Counted from the first letter of the stretch, positions 40,954 to 55,796 are shown. The stretch is 64,000 nt of DNA from Amoebidium appalachense (GCA_963693365.1 CAVNZM010000006.1:6427264-6491263), one strand, 5' to 3'. Program-made: numbers and translations. The notes: generated by a model from the sequence alone, not told the origin.

Positions 40954-41151
40954 GCGGGGAGGGTGGAGGGGAATTCAGAAATGGGGGTGCTAGTGAGGCA
41001 GTTGGGGGAGGGTTGTAGAAATATACTTCCGATACTAGTTCAGCGATAATGGTTGGGAGATTCATACAGCCTGCTTTCCTAAGATACACCATCCGTGCGC
41101 ACATACTGTATGTGTGAGTTGGAAACCCGGACGGATAGGAGGGGAGGGGAG

Positions 41152-41185
<34 letters not shown>

Positions 41186-41675
41186 GGGAGAGTGGGGGGG
41201 GGGAGAGTTTTGCTCGAGGAAACAGGGCTTGTTTGTTCTACAGTGATAGTTCAGCAACGACTATGGGTGACCTCTATGTGTAGACACGCATTGTTGTTCC
41301 CTCGGTTGCAGCAACCACCACGTGGCGGAGTGCATTTGTGTGGGCAGTCACCCAACTGGTGGTTGTGTGATAAGGCAGTGGTGAAAGCGGCCAAGCTGTG
41401 ACTTTGATTGTGGGTCGGTTAATGTGACGGGGTGTACGTACTCAGTCATTCTGTGTCGATGTGTGTTTCGAATTTGCATTATTATGTTTGCTAGGGGTAT
41501 CCTAGTGATGTTTGTTGGACGAAAGAAAACAATTGATCTACGAAGAATGTACTTGGCCATCTAGAGATTGCTCCAATGTTAACAATCATATAATCATGGC
41601 ATCCCTCCCCCCCCCCCCCCTTTCCCCGACCACCAGTACCGGTTGTAAAAAATTCTCCCACCGTAGTCGAAACCC

Positions 41676-41723
<48 letters not shown>

Positions 41724-42029
41724 GAAAAAAGAAATGCATTTATTCTTGCCCAACAAGCCCATTGCGTAGTTTTACACTCGAAGCACTTCCACACAATCTC
41801 GCTTGACAATCTGCTCTGGTGGATGCACAGTACACACTATGGGAATGTGTGCCAACATGCAGACTCAGTTTAAACCCGTACAGACATACTCCCCCCCCCC
41901 CCCCCCCCCCCCTCCCCCCCCCCCCTCCCCCAATCCCCCGCTCCAACCGCTGAAGACCCAACCATATCAGCAGAGTACGACTTTCCCCGTGCAGAAATGT
42001 TTTGCAAACAAAAAAAGAAAAATTATAAA

Positions 42030-42968
42030 AACAGAACTATTCAACCAAAGAATCACTCTGCGAGGCTCAGCCTTAAGCAGTATTATTCTGCTCTGACCAG
42101 AATCACTCTGCCTTCAACAAAATCATTCTGCCATAAACGGAATGATTCCGCAACTATTCTGCTCACGTCAGCAGAATAAAGTTGCTCCCAGAAGAATAAA
42201 TTTCCTTTAGCAGAAAGCAGAACCATTCTGCTTCTTGCAGCCTGAATCCTGCGTCTAGCAGAACAATTGTTCTTTTGCAGAACAATGCCGCGCGCGCTTT
42301 TGCTGCATGATTCTGCTTTTAGCAGAATAATTCTGCCCGGAGCAAGTAGTCTTAAATGGGCCCTACGCTTACCCCCCCCCCCCCCCCCCCCCTGCCCCCC
42401 ACCCACGCACACACCCACCCACCCACTCATCCCTTCCCCTGCCCCACCTCCCCCTCCCACCCACTCCCTCCTCCCTCTCCCCCCCCCCTCCCCCCCCTCG
42501 CTTTCCCCCCCCCCCCCCCCCCCCCCCCCTCCCCCCCTCCCCCCAACCCACCCACAAGGCCCCAACCACATTGACTGTCAACTTACTCCGAGCAGAATTA
42601 TTCTGCAAAAAGCAGAGTAATTCTGCTAAAAGTAATTCTGCTAAAAGCAGAATTAAAGCAGAAGTAGGCTGCACAAGCAGAATCAATATGCTAATAGCAG
42701 AATCACTCTGCAAACAGCAGAATCAATCTGCTAAAAGCAGAATAATTCTTCAAAAGCAGAGTGATTCTGCTAAAAGCAGAATTATTGTGCTGCCAAAAGC
42801 AGACGATACTGCTTTTTGCGGAATAATTCTGCTTAAAGAAGAATAATTCTGCTAAAACCAGAGTGATTCTGCTTTTTGCAGAATAGTTCTGCTTTTTGCA
42901 GAATAATCTCGCTTTTGCAGAATAATTCTGCTTTTGGCAAGTTTACTCTGATGATGTGGTTGGGCCCT
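42030..42968. mobile_element. Foldback/MITE-like element built from palindromic GCAGAATNATTCTGC repeats
   Basis: Many AGCAGAAT(A/T)ATTCTGCT variants; 42557-42968 bounded by inverted AGGCCCCAACCACAT / ATGTGGTTGGGCCCT; related fragment at 45830-45965. Confidence 0.6.
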
Positions 42969-44648
42969 CCCACACACCCACCCACCTACTCCGCCCCCCC
43001 TCCCCCTCCCACCCACTCACCCCCCTCTCCCCCCTCGACCACCCACCCACCCGCCCAAGGTGACCCAATCAACATGCACCCACTACTAGTGGAGACCACC
43101 ATCACCACCGCACACAACCAGACCGTCCACTTGTTTGTTGCTTCATTGAGTCTTGCATTCCTTTGAGTTTAAATTATCAAACAGGTTATACACGGTGAAT
43201 CGGACAGTGGCATGTATGTGTAGGGAGGATGAGGGAAAGGGGAAGAGTATTAAAGAGCAGTTCTGGTTTGAACTTATTAAAATGTTAGGTAGCATGGTGC
43301 AACCCGGTGCAAATGTGCTTTTGCATGTGCTGGATCCATCAATAGGTGGGGAAAGTCATGTTGGGTGAGAGAAGGGCAGTGTGCGCACGTGCGACTTGTG
43401 TGTGCATGTGTGTGTGTTTGGGAAGAGGGACAGGAAGGGGGGGGGGGGGGGGGGAGGCCGGGAAGGGAGCTTCGGAGGGAGGGAGTGAAGGGGGCTGATG
43501 CGATAATATGAGTTGCGATTAAAAAACACTGTCAAGGCTTGGCTCCCGATATCTATAATCGTTGGGAAGTTTCACAGGCTTTCCTCAGATACACACCACA
43601 CGTACTCAGATCGTGTGTCTGAGATGGGGGCCTAAGGGGGGGGGGGGGGGGGGGGGGGGGGGAGGGGGGGGGGGGGAGGGTGGATGTTGATATTTTCAGC
43701 AATCGCTATGGATGACCTCAACGTGGCACACAACACATAGCCTCTGCAGCAGCCACCAGGTGGCAGTGAATTCAAGTTGTGTTGGCGGTCACCAAACTGG
43801 TGGCTGTGTGATGAGGCAGTGGTGAAAGCGGCCAAGCTGTGCCGGTGGTTGTGGGTGGGTTGGTGAGACCGGATATAGGTCTTGTCACACTGTGTCGGTT
43901 TTGCCTTTGACTGGGTTCATACTAATACCAGATAAGAGACGTTTCAGCAGATGAGCACTGAGGACACAAACGGTGGCCCTCCCCCCTCCCCCCTCCCCTC
44001 TCCCCCCCGTCGCCCTCCCCCCCGGGACCATCACCAAAATTTTCAAAACGTATTTTCCAGGCCCCACACAAACCCCATTTCCCCTTTCCCCCCTTCTTTG
44101 GGGTAATTCTAGATCTCAAAATTCGTCCTTTTAACCCCGGTCGCGAATCCAACGACAGTAGACAGTCCTGGGCCACCAAGCCCATCTCATCACACTGTTC
44201 TTTTACCAGCTGAGACATATACCCCCCCCCCCCCCCCCAGCCCCCCTTCTCCCTCCCCCCTCCCCCCCCCCCCCCCCTCCCCTCCCCTTCCCCCTCCTTC
44301 TTCCTCCCCCCTCCCCCCACCTTTCCCCCTTCCGAGGATCCTTCCCCAAACCCGGCCCACGACCACAAAGCCGTGGACACCCACCATCACCAGCGCACAT
44401 ACCCGGCCCTCTTAGTCCTTGCACTCTTTAGAATTTTCCGTCCTTGTTATACTTGGCAGATGAGGCTTGTAACCTTGAGTGAATAATTACTGATGTTTTA
44501 ATAAAGAGGGTGCTCAATGAGTGTGTAGATAGCAAAGAACCCAGCGAAAATGTGTTTGTGCATGCCCAGAACACTGGAATAGGTCACTGTGGAGGAAATA
44601 TTTGGTGGAGGGTGTAGATGCTGTAGGAGGCAGTATGTGCATTGAATA

Positions 44649-44772
<124 letters not shown>

Positions 44773-45528
44773 GGGGGAGGGAGTGAGGAGCGAGGGAAGA
44801 GTGAATTGGGGACGACGGGGAGGTGGGGAGGGGGGGGGGGGGGGAGGGAGGGAGATGGGAAGGGGGAGAATTCGGAAGTAATGGGTAAGGAGGCCTTGGG
44901 AGGGGGGGGGGGGGGGGGGGGGGGGTGTGGATAAAAAGACTCTTAAGTGTGATTCTTTTAAAAGGCACCCTTCCGCGATATTTATAGTCTTTGAAAAACC
45001 TCCTGATATTTTCCTAAGATGCCACCCACAAATCCAGTTACACTGTGTCGGAGTTGGAAAAACGGGGGAAGGAAGGGGGGGGAAGGTGGGTGTAGGCTCG
45101 GACCAATGAGGCTTTCTATACGTTGATAATTTTCAGCATCCACTATGGGGTGACCTCTCTTGCGTGCATCTCCAGGCATGCATCGACCACCAGTGGGACA
45201 GTGCACTTGTGTGGGCGGTCACCCAACCGGGGGCTGTGTGATGAGGCAGTGGTGAAAGTGGTCAAGCTGTGCCTGTGATTGTGGGTCGGTTAGTGAGATC
45301 GGGCATAGGTACTGATCTCTAATGTTGGCTTAGAATTTGAATTGATATGTTTGCTAGGTATTATCCTAGTGAATCATTGGACGAACGAAAAAATCTGTAC
45401 TTGAAGTGGATGTTCAATCATTCATGCGATCATGAAGTTACCTTTCACCCTCCATTCCCATCCCCCCCCCCCCCCCCTCACCCCCTACTGTTACCCCCTT
45501 TACCCCCCCCCCCCCCCCTCCCCCCTCC

Positions 45529-45559
<31 letters not shown>

Positions 45560-45760
45560 AAAAAGGAAGAAGAAAAAGAAAATTCGCGGCAACAGGCCTG
45601 CAAACTCGTCTGAGATGTTTTACCCCTTGAGAATCACTTTACCAGCCACCAAGCCCATCAAGTAGCTTTAAAATAGGGGCAGTTCGACACAGCTCTTGTG
45701 GATGCACGCACTATGGTATTGCATGTGTGCCACCATGCAGATTGAGTGTTCAGCCGAACC

Positions 45761-45804
<44 letters not shown>

Positions 45805-47098
45805 ATCCTCCCCCACCCCCCCCCGTGAAGGGCTCAGCCACATCAGCAGAGGGTGATTGTCCCGACCAGAATTATTCTGCTCCAAGCAGGATTAGGGAGC
45901 AGAATAAAATTGTCCTGATTTTTGCAGAATAATTCTGAGTCTAGCCTGAATAAATGTGCTTTTGCCAAACAATAGTGCTTTTGCGTGAGAAGTCCTGGCG
46001 GAGGCAGTGTGCGTGGGTGATATATATGTGTGTGTGTGATCGTGGTTGGGGAGTTGGGGGGTGGAAGGGGAGGGAGATTCGGAAGGAAGAGGTGAGGGGG
46101 TCTAAAGGGAGGGAGGAATGTGGTCTATACATGATTTTATAATCCCTTAAGTGCGATACTTGAACACAAAATCCGATATCAAGTTAGAAATCGCAGAAAG
46201 GTTTCACAGGTTTCCTAAGATGCCACACTACCTACATATACATGTGATGATATAGTTTGCGCAGGGATATCGTCGGAACCCCGGTGGGTGCCGCTTGCAC
46301 GCCCATGAAAAGGGAGGGAGGGCACACCAACTTAGGGGCCTTTGCAATAAATTGAAATCACAAATCCGCAAGTACACGTAGGGGAAAAGGCAATGAGCTT
46401 GCATGGTTGCAGATCTTTTGGAGCCCAAACGCATATAGTGGTTGATAGTAATTGGTAGAGCAAGCAGGTGGTGCACCAAGTGAGCCTACGGTAGGTTTTC
46501 ATAGTTTTGTATGAGTTTCATTTTCATTTTCATTTTTATTTTTATTTTTTTGCAAAAGTTAAAGGTGACCTTTATGATCAAGCCATATCCATGGCCATAT
46601 GGCAACGAACTTTCGCTGGTGGTGTGTGCTGACCGCCTGGCGGCAGCCGCTGGTGGTCACCCACTCCATGCAAGATCTGGCGCGGGCCAGCGCAGGCATG
46701 GATTGTCCCACCCTGGTTGTGGGACTGAACGGCTCGGAGTTAAACAACGGATGAGCTTCTTCAAAAGACAGTGTTCTCAATTTTTTCATCATTTATTCTA
46801 TTGATTATATTTCTTCTTTCTTGTTTCGGTGGTGGTGGGGGGGGGGGGGGGGGGGGATGGGGGAGGTAAGAGAGGATTGGGGTGGGAATAGGGGGGCTGG
46901 GGTGAGTGGCCTCGGAGGGTAGGACTAGAGGAAAGAGTTTTGTGAAGGTGTGGGGGAGGGGCGAGGGTATTTGCAGGCACTGAACGGTTTAAGTTTTTGG
47001 GCTGCCATTATATGAGACAAGTGCCCATTGGCAACTGTGTGAAGCTTCGGTAGCCCATTGTGCTGCTGGGGAAGCTTCGTTGCTGGGAGGAGGGGGGG

Positions 47099-47146
<48 letters not shown>

Positions 47147-47602
47147 CTCGGTCTTCTTGCAGTGCCAACCGTTCATGCCCCCTACACACGTCCATGAACT
47201 TTGGTAGGTGAATAACAAAAGTAAATAGGTAGCATAGTGTGCTCCTTCGCACAGTATAATTATATGGGACCCGATTTACATTTTCAGCAACCAGTGACTA
47301 TGGGTGACCTCCAAATTCAAAGTCTGACGAGAATCGAAGAGGAGGATGCAACAACCATCAAAAGGCCGATTGCATTTCTGTTTGCGGTCACCCAACTGGT
47401 GGCTGTGTGATAAGGCAGTGGTGAAATCGGTCGAGTTGTGCCTCTGATTGTGGGCCGGGTGGTATTGTTCATGCGTTATAGCTTAGCTCGGCATGTTACA
47501 GGTAATATCATAAAGATGAAAAACTCATAAAGATGAAAAACTGGTGTTGCAACACATACGATCCGGTATTACTGATTAGAAGGTGGTAAGGCGATGTGCA
47601 AT

Positions 47603-47643
<41 letters not shown>

Positions 47644-47671
47644 CCGCCGGAAAAAAAAAAAAAAAAAAAAA

Positions 47672-47707
<36 letters not shown>

Positions 47708-49521
47708 AACACATTAACTCCGCACGGTAACTTTCCTCACTTAATCTAGGGGCCTTCGAATTCGAAGAAGGTGAATTCCCCAAACTCATGCCACCCCTCC
47801 CAGGGCCTCCCCTCCCTCCCCCCCCCCCCCCCCCCCCCCCCTCCCGGGCCCCCCCTCTCCCCCCCTCACCCACCACTCAAAAATTCCCCTTTCTTTCCCG
47901 GGAAAGTGCCACCTCTCCAGACATATTACTGAAGAATTTCCGCTTTTCCCTTCTGCAGTGGTCCTGGCCCCATCAAATATACAGTCTTTGCGCACCTGCA
48001 CACTTAACACGCAGTCTCAAGATCTTGTCTGCCCTTGGCTTAATGCCAGTGGCTCAGTGGACGCTTTATATGACACATACTGGACCCGGACTATATATAC
48101 TCTTGATGGATCTACTCCCCCCCGGGGCGGGGACGGGTGGGTGGGTAGGTGGGTGGGTGGGTGCCATGGGTGTGTGTGTGTGTGTGTGGCCGTGGGGGGG
48201 AGGGGGATGGGGGGGTGGGTGGAGGGTGGGGTGTGTGTGTGTGTGTGTGTGGGGGGGGGGGGGCTAAGATATCGATTTGCAGTGGCGGCATTCAATTTGG
48301 GTTGAATGTTGCCCGCCGCATACGCTAGAATAATAACACATCAGTGTTTTCACAACATCAATCATCAACCGGTAAATGGGTGACCTCTATGCAGCGCACA
48401 TCAGAAATCACTTGCAGCATGTGAAAGCTCCATGCAGCAACCACCACGTGGCGGAGTGCATTTGTTGTGGGCGGTCACCCAACTGGTGGCTGTGATGAGG
48501 CAGTGCTGAAAGCGGCCAAGCTGTGGCTGTGATTGTGGGTCACTGCAATCGGGTGGCTTGGTTTATGACGGCTCTCAGACTGCCGTTGTCGTAATGAATA
48601 TACGTGGCCACAGCAGCGGTTACAGTTGGTTCCACTCTGCTAATATCAAAACATCACGAGGCCCTTATTTGGATATCATGCAGCCGAACTTACTATCTTA
48701 TCTGATGGGATCTAATACTATAAAGTAAGGCTTGTGTGCCGCACACATGACAGAACTCCCCCCCCCCCCCCCCCCCCCCCCTGCCCCCCCTAGGGGGGAT
48801 TTAGGATGGGCAATATGCGGATTTGTTAGCTAGTTATTATTAGCTGATGCAAAGTGCTCATAGGATCCTGACAATATGAGTCCCCCTCCATTCGAATCTC
48901 CATCCCCCCCCCCCTCCCCTCCCCCCCCCCCACAACCCCAAATCCCGGGTTTCCCCGTTTTACAACACCAATCACCACCAATGTTCTCCACGCGCAGTAA
49001 CTCACTTTCCCTTCGAAATTTACCCCCCCCCCCCCCCCCCCCCCCACACACACAAAAAAAAAATCCTTCCCTTTTTCCCAAAGTGCACGTGCCTCTCCAA
49101 ACCTCGACGATTGACAGTCCCCAAGAACGTCGTCTCGCCATTGCCCTGGTCTGGCCTATTAATTATAAGGGCGGGTTGGCATTTGCGTGTGTACAAACAC
49201 ATCCCTCTTTGCTTCAAAGTGCTGATTCTTGCACGAATGCCTTGAGTTTGACGTACAGGTGATGTGTGGTGGTAGTGTGTATGTGGGGAGGATATGAGGG
49301 CAAGGGGAAGATAAGGGGCAATTTAGGAGTGTAAGAGGACGGTGGTGCCAATGTTCGTGTGCTTGTGCGAACAATTTATCACTAGGCGGGAAAAGAAAAG
49401 GGTGGGGATGGGGTGGGGGAAGGAGACGGTGTATGAGAATGTGGTGCGTGTGAGCGCGCGCCCAAACACTGTGATTGTGTGTTTGGTGGTGGTGGTGGTG
49501 GTGGTGGTGGTGTGTGTGTGT

Positions 49522-49575
<54 letters not shown>

Positions 49576-49761
49576 ACATGAGACGAAACACAACTGCTTG
49601 GCACTTATAAATTGTTGCAGCAAAATAAGCGGTTTTATTTTGTACGATTATTGCTATACAAATAGGAATTCACATCTTTTTCCAATCTCTTTTTTCCTGC
49701 AACTCATTTTGATGTTCGTTTTCTTCCCCCCCTGAAAATCTCTTCCAATTTCGTCATTCGA

Positions 49762-50013
49762 TTAAAAGTTGGTTCCTTCGGGCGGCTGCTTGAGTTTAAC
49801 GTTGTCCTTGTTCACCATGCACCTGAGACAAAAAAAGGGTTAAGTTGAAGTATAGTTTAACGTTGAATAGCTGTTCAACGAGAAAAAAAAAAGTATTCCT
49901 TTTCTTCTTATCTCTGTTTTCTTTTCTTTCCCCCCCCCCTCCAACCCCCCCAACCCCCAACACACACACACATAAAAAAAACACTTTCTCTTACCCTCTT
50001 TCCTTTCTTTTTT

Positions 50014-50089
<76 letters not shown>

Positions 50090-50271
50090 CGCACGCGCAC
50101 GGGCGGGCGGGCGAATGTCTGTATGCATGTTCTCGCTCGCTCGCGCATGCGTGCACGCGGTGCTGGTGGTAAAAAAAGAGGTAAATTGAAGTATAATTTA
50201 ACGTTGAACTATTCAACTAGAAAGAATAAGCATTCTTTTTCCCCCCCCCTTCTTATCTCTTTTTTCTTTCT

Positions 50272-50308
<37 letters not shown>

Positions 50309-50400
50309 ACACACACACACAAAAAAAAAAAAAAACCTTTTCCCTCTCTCCGTTCTCCATCCCTCGCTTTACCTCTCTCGTTCCTTTTTGTTTGTTTGTG

Positions 50401-50468
<68 letters not shown>

Positions 50469-50688
50469 CACACACACACGCATGTGAGCGAGTGAGCAAT
50501 CACGTGCGTGTGTGCATGTGGTGGTGGTGGTGATGGGTGGTGGCGGTGGGGTGGGAGGAAGTGAACGTGTGGGTGTGCCTGTGGGTGTGCCTGTGTGTGT
50601 GTGCACGTGTGCGCATGCATACATGTGTGCGTGCATGCGCACCGGCGTGTGTGTAGGTAATAGTGGTAATGTTGGTTTTTCTTTTTCG

Positions 50689-50722
<34 letters not shown>

Positions 50723-50731
50723 TGTGTGTAA

Positions 50732-50772
<41 letters not shown>

Positions 50773-50984
50773 GGAAGGAGGATGTATGCAGTAGGGTGCA
50801 AGACAAAAGAGGCGCAAAGGCATGACACGACAAAATCCCAAGCCAAATACATGAGCACCCAGGACAGAGCGGTATATCTCTACATATCTACACACAAACG
50901 GCCGTGTTTAAGGAGTATTTCCAATCCCATCCTTTCATATCATATAATGGTGACAAAGTGGGGGAAGGTGGGTGGGGTGGGGGT

Positions 50985-51020
<36 letters not shown>

Positions 51021-51841
51021 GGTAAGGCAAGGGAAAAAAAGGGAAGGAGAAAAGAAGCTCAAGAAAAGGCGCCCGGGGGGAGGGGGGGGGGGGGGGGGGA
51101 GGGGGGGGGGGATAAGGGATAAGTTTACGATAAAAAATACCAATGCATTCAAAAAAAAAGAAGTTCCACCTTTGTGCACGAGCCTATGTGTACCATTGTG
51201 CCCTACTCTCGAGCATGCATGTGACCGTGCATGCACGTGCCCCGGTTTGTCGTGTGTGTTGCATGTGTTCCATGTGTGTGAGTGTGTGTAAATGTGTGTT
51301 CCATGTGTGTGAGTGTGTGTTCCATGTGTGTTTCATGTGTGTGAGTGTGTGTTCCATGTGTGTGAGTGTGTGTTCCATGTGTGTTCCATGTGTGTGAGTG
51401 TGTGTGTGATTGCGCTCGTGCGCGTGTGAAAGAGAAAGAGAGAGAATGTGTGCGTGCGCGCGTGTGCATGTGCATGTTCACTGTGTGTGCATGTGCATGT
51501 GTGTGTGCATGTGCACACAGCCACTCACTGTCTAATGTTGACCAGCACATCCTCCAGTGTATTTCTGCGGCTCCATTGTGCAAGCACAGGCAGCATGCTG
51601 GGGATCACCTGAAGGAACCCCCCGTCCAGTAAGTTATCACTGCCACACAGTCACACTCAAACCCCTGCCCCCCCCCCCACCCCCCCCCCCCCAAAAAAAA
51701 ACCAAAAAAAAGCACTCCCTCCCTCCCTCAAACTCATCTAACCCTCCCCCCCTCCCCCCAGGCACTATCACTGCTGCCACCCCCCCCCCCCCCCCCCCCC
51801 CCCAGCCCATCCCTCCTCCGCCCCACAAAAAAGCGGCATGT

Positions 51842-51884
<43 letters not shown>

Positions 51885-52386
51885 AATAACAAATGATTAG
51901 GGGGAAAAAAAAATAATAACTGGAAAAAAAACATCCTCCCTCCCGTCATCCACCCATCACTCACAAACTCAGCCCACCAACTCGCCAACCCCACTCACAC
52001 ACACACACACCTTCCCCCTCCCCCCTTAACCCCCTTTCCCCCCTCCCCACACACACACACACACACGTACACACGTAAACACACACACGTACACACACGC
52101 ACACACACACACACACACACGCACGCACGCACGTACCCTGCCATTAGCATCGAGGAAGGTGAGGTTTGCCCGTGTGATGAAAGTCACCACGGGGGGCTGC
52201 TCGGGGTATTTGTCTCCGCAGTGGATCTTGAGGCTGTAGATGCGGTTCTCGTACTGCGACTGTGTGTGTGTGTGTGTACGTGTGCGTGTGCGTGGATCGG
52301 TGGGTGTGGATGGATGTGTGTGTATACGTATGTGTGTGTGTGTGTGTGTGTGGACGGGTGGGTATGTGTGTGCATGTGTGTGTGTG

Positions 52387-52439
<53 letters not shown>

Positions 52440-52926
52440 ACGTGTGTGTGTGTACACCTGCAAATGCGAATATTGTTACTTTCCCATTTTCACAATCCGA
52501 TTATTTATTCAATTACTCGTTGTTTATGATTATTTCTTTCCTTTTTCCTTTTTTTTTTTTTTTTTTTATAATATATACATTCTCTTCGGCGTGCAAGTGG
52601 CCCCTAATTCGTCCACACTTTTCTAGCTGGTGCGCATGTGTGTACATGTACATGTGCAAGGGCAGATTGGCTTGCCACATGTGTGAGCGTACGTGTGTGT
52701 CTTAACACGTTGCAGTCAGGACTAAGTGTCAGTCGACTGTCATTTTTGTGATCCGTACTAACACACACACCCTCCCTCCCCCCCTTACCCTTCCCACAAC
52801 ACCCGCTCGCCCACCCATACCGTCAGCCTCCTCCGCCTCACAACGAGCACAAAAACGTACTCGCACACGCACATGCACAAGACACTTGCTTGCACGCGTG
52901 CGCCCTGGCATTGGCGTGCGCGCACA

Positions 52927-52980
<54 letters not shown>

Positions 52981-53113
52981 GAGGCAGGGAGGGAGGGTGT
53001 GAGCGAGGGAGGGAGGGAGAGAGAGTAACAAGCACAAGGTCAGGCAGAATCCTGTGAGTGCCTGTGTTGACCCGCAGGGGGTGCGGAGGGGGTAGGTACG
53101 GGGGGAAAGAAGG

Positions 53114-53146
<33 letters not shown>

Positions 53147-54888
53147 TTTGAATGCGGAACACGGTACAAAGTACGCATACACGACGAGAAGCATGGTGCA
53201 GGACACATGTAAAGGCAAACATTCAAGTATGCAACATCAGCCATGTGCACAGTATGCGTCATAAGCAGAGCACATCCTCAGGGAGGACCAAAGTCATCAA
53301 TTGCGTCTGAGTTTCGACCCCTTAGCCCGTGTATATACGACGCTCCAACTCAGACAGCAGCATCAACTGAACTTGGGCGGGTCAACCCGTCTTGATCCAA
53401 GACGAGCAGGGTTGCTTATGCAAGCAAGGTGAGCAAAACGGTGAAGATGTGTGTGCAAGCTAATGCAGTGCAGCGAAAAATGCGTATGTGGGGGTATTCT
53501 TACCCTGGGGGGGCCCAAGATGGTGCCGTTCCTGCAAAGGCGAACCCAGGGTGTTAGACTTGCACATGCAGTTCACCCACCACAAACATGCCGATACTTG
53601 CATCACAACCTTCCCCTCCTACCCCCCCATCTTCCCTTCCCCCCCTCCCCTCCCCCCCCCCCACACACACACCCATACCCACTGCAGTATAACACTTCCT
53701 CATTCAACCCCCCCCCCCCCCCCCCCCCCCCGCGTACCCCTCTCCCGCCGACTCTTCAGCATCCCCTTCACTTTCCCATTTCCCCCTTTCCCTTACACCA
53801 CACACACATACAAATCTGCTTTCGATATTCACACCCACACGTTCACCTCCTTCTCCCTTCATCTCATCCCATCTTCCAAGCTTCATTCGCCCCAAACACA
53901 CTCCCACACTCCATGAAACCATCCAAGGACTCTCCCCCTCCCCCCCCCCCCCCCCTCCCCCCCCCCCCCGCCCCCCTCCCCCTGCCGGGGGCACCCGCCT
54001 CCACGCCTTCTGCCATATATCTCTTACCCGCTTTCCCCCCCCCCCCCTCCCCTCCAGGCCCATCATCTCCATTTCCTCCTCCTCCCTTCGTGTCCCCCCC
54101 CTCCCCCCCCCCCCCCCCCCCCCCCCCCACACACACACACCAGCTACTCATCATGAAATTGATCCCACCCCCCCCCCCCCCAAAAAAAAAAAAGACTCGA
54201 AATAGAAGAAAAAGGAAGAAAAACTAAGATAAAAACTAAACGGACCCCCCCGGCCACTCCCCCCCTACCAGTCGCTCATCATAATGTCGTCCTGGTTGGC
54301 CATGCCGTAGCTGACCGATCCATCCCCAATGCCCTTCTCTCCCTTCTCCAACTCCTCAAGGAGCCGAAAATTACGCGGCACTGTGGCAATTATGTTAGCG
54401 TCCAAAAATAGGTATTGCAAGCCACAAAAAGAAGGAAGGTCAGTGTGAGAGTGGCCCAGGCGGGGTGTCGGCAAGGTGAGGGAAGGAGAAAAGGGGGGGG
54501 AGAGGGGAGGGGAGAGAGAGAGAGAGAGAGAGAGAAGGGAAAGAGAGAAAGGGAAGGGGAGGGAGGGAGGGAGGGAGAGCCGCTGGGACGGAGAGGAGGA
54601 GAGGGAGGGGGGGGGGGGGGGGGGGAGGAGAGAGAGAGAGAGAGAAAGGGAGGGAGGAAGGAATAGAGAGAGCAAGTTCACAGAAAGGGGGGGGGGGGGG
54701 GGGGGGGGGAAGAGGTAGGAATGTGTTATAGAGTAAAAGGTACATAATTCATGACGGACAACACCATGCAGAGCGCAAAGCACACATACGCTGGGAGGGA
54801 AGTTGGGGGGGGGGGGGGGGGGGGGGGGGGCAAGGATATATTCTATGACCGCAAAAGTGGCGGTTGTCATGAGTTGAAAAGCTTTAAT

Positions 54889-54940
<52 letters not shown>

Positions 54941-55633
54941 TAGAGAAGACGAGGGGTTGAATAAGCTGTATGGCTGAAAGACTATCTTTAGATCAAAAAG
55001 GGAACAAAAATCGAGACAGCACCGACTTTCTGACCACCGTAGATAGGCACGGGGGGAAAGGGGGGGAGATCAAGACAAAGGGGGGAAGGGGGGACCAGAA
55101 TGAGAAACGTGGGGTGAGAGGAAGTTCGCAGAGAGGACAGGGGGGGAAGCGGACAGGAGAGCAGGGAGGGGGAGAGAGACGGCGGGGGAGGGGGGGGGGA
55201 GATGCTTGTGCTGTGCTGTGTGAGCGCAAACAGGAGAGCAGGGAGGGGAGAGAGACGGGGGGGGAGGGGGGGGGGGAGATGCTTGTGCTGTGCTGTGTGA
55301 GCGCAAACGTGTGCTTTGAGGTGTGCGTGGTGTTTGCAAGAGGATGCAGGAGGCGATGGTTGGGGAGGGGAGGGGAGGGGGGCAGAGAGGGGGGGGGGGG
55401 GGGGGGGGGGGGAGGTATTCTAGAGTGCATGGGTGTGATCAAGCGGTTTCTGTCACAGGGAGAAGCATGTGTGCGTATTTATGGTTTCAAGGCACCTTCG
55501 CGCTTCCTTTGATAGTGAGCAAGGTGGGGAAACGAAATACATTACACAAAGGGTTGTGTGAGGGAGAGAGCACAAAGGGAATTAGAAGAGCGGAGAAGGG
55601 GGAGGGAGGAAGAGAGGGGGGGGGGGGGGGGGG

Positions 55634-55668
<35 letters not shown>

Positions 55669-55796
55669 GAGGGGGGGGGGGGGGGTTGGAAGGAGGAGGG
55701 AAAAGGAGACGTAAGATGGGGCGGGGATGCAGACAAGCTCGTTTTACATTCAAAAGACATCACGTACAAAAGGCACTCACCGACAACATTGGCCAT
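49762..55796 (-). CDS. MMS2: Ubiquitin-conjugating enzyme E2 variant (MMS2/UBE2V), 139 aa; exons 55781-55796, 54269-54380, 53504-53531, 52137-52259, 51529-51608, 49762-49822
   Basis: Six GT-AG exons join in frame (420 nt): [31 protein letters not shown]...[26 protein letters not shown]...[11 protein letters not shown]; classic UEV signature. Confidence 0.95.
53148..53429 (-). repeat. Dispersed structured intronic element, subfamily 2, full length (copy D)
   Basis: Shares GCATAAGCAACCCTGCTCGTCT...GATCAAGACGGGT, TCTGAGTTGG, GGTCGAAACTC, GAGGATG.GCTCTGCTTAT and terminal GCATTCAA with copy C; lies in MMS2 intron 3. Confidence 0.85.

Noticed and set aside
43760-43835. C2H2 zinc-finger-like reading (AAFTTASS...GDRPHKC) on the minus strand of the cores
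   Set aside because: Spacing is too short for a C2H2 finger and substitutions fall mostly at second codon positions in that frame
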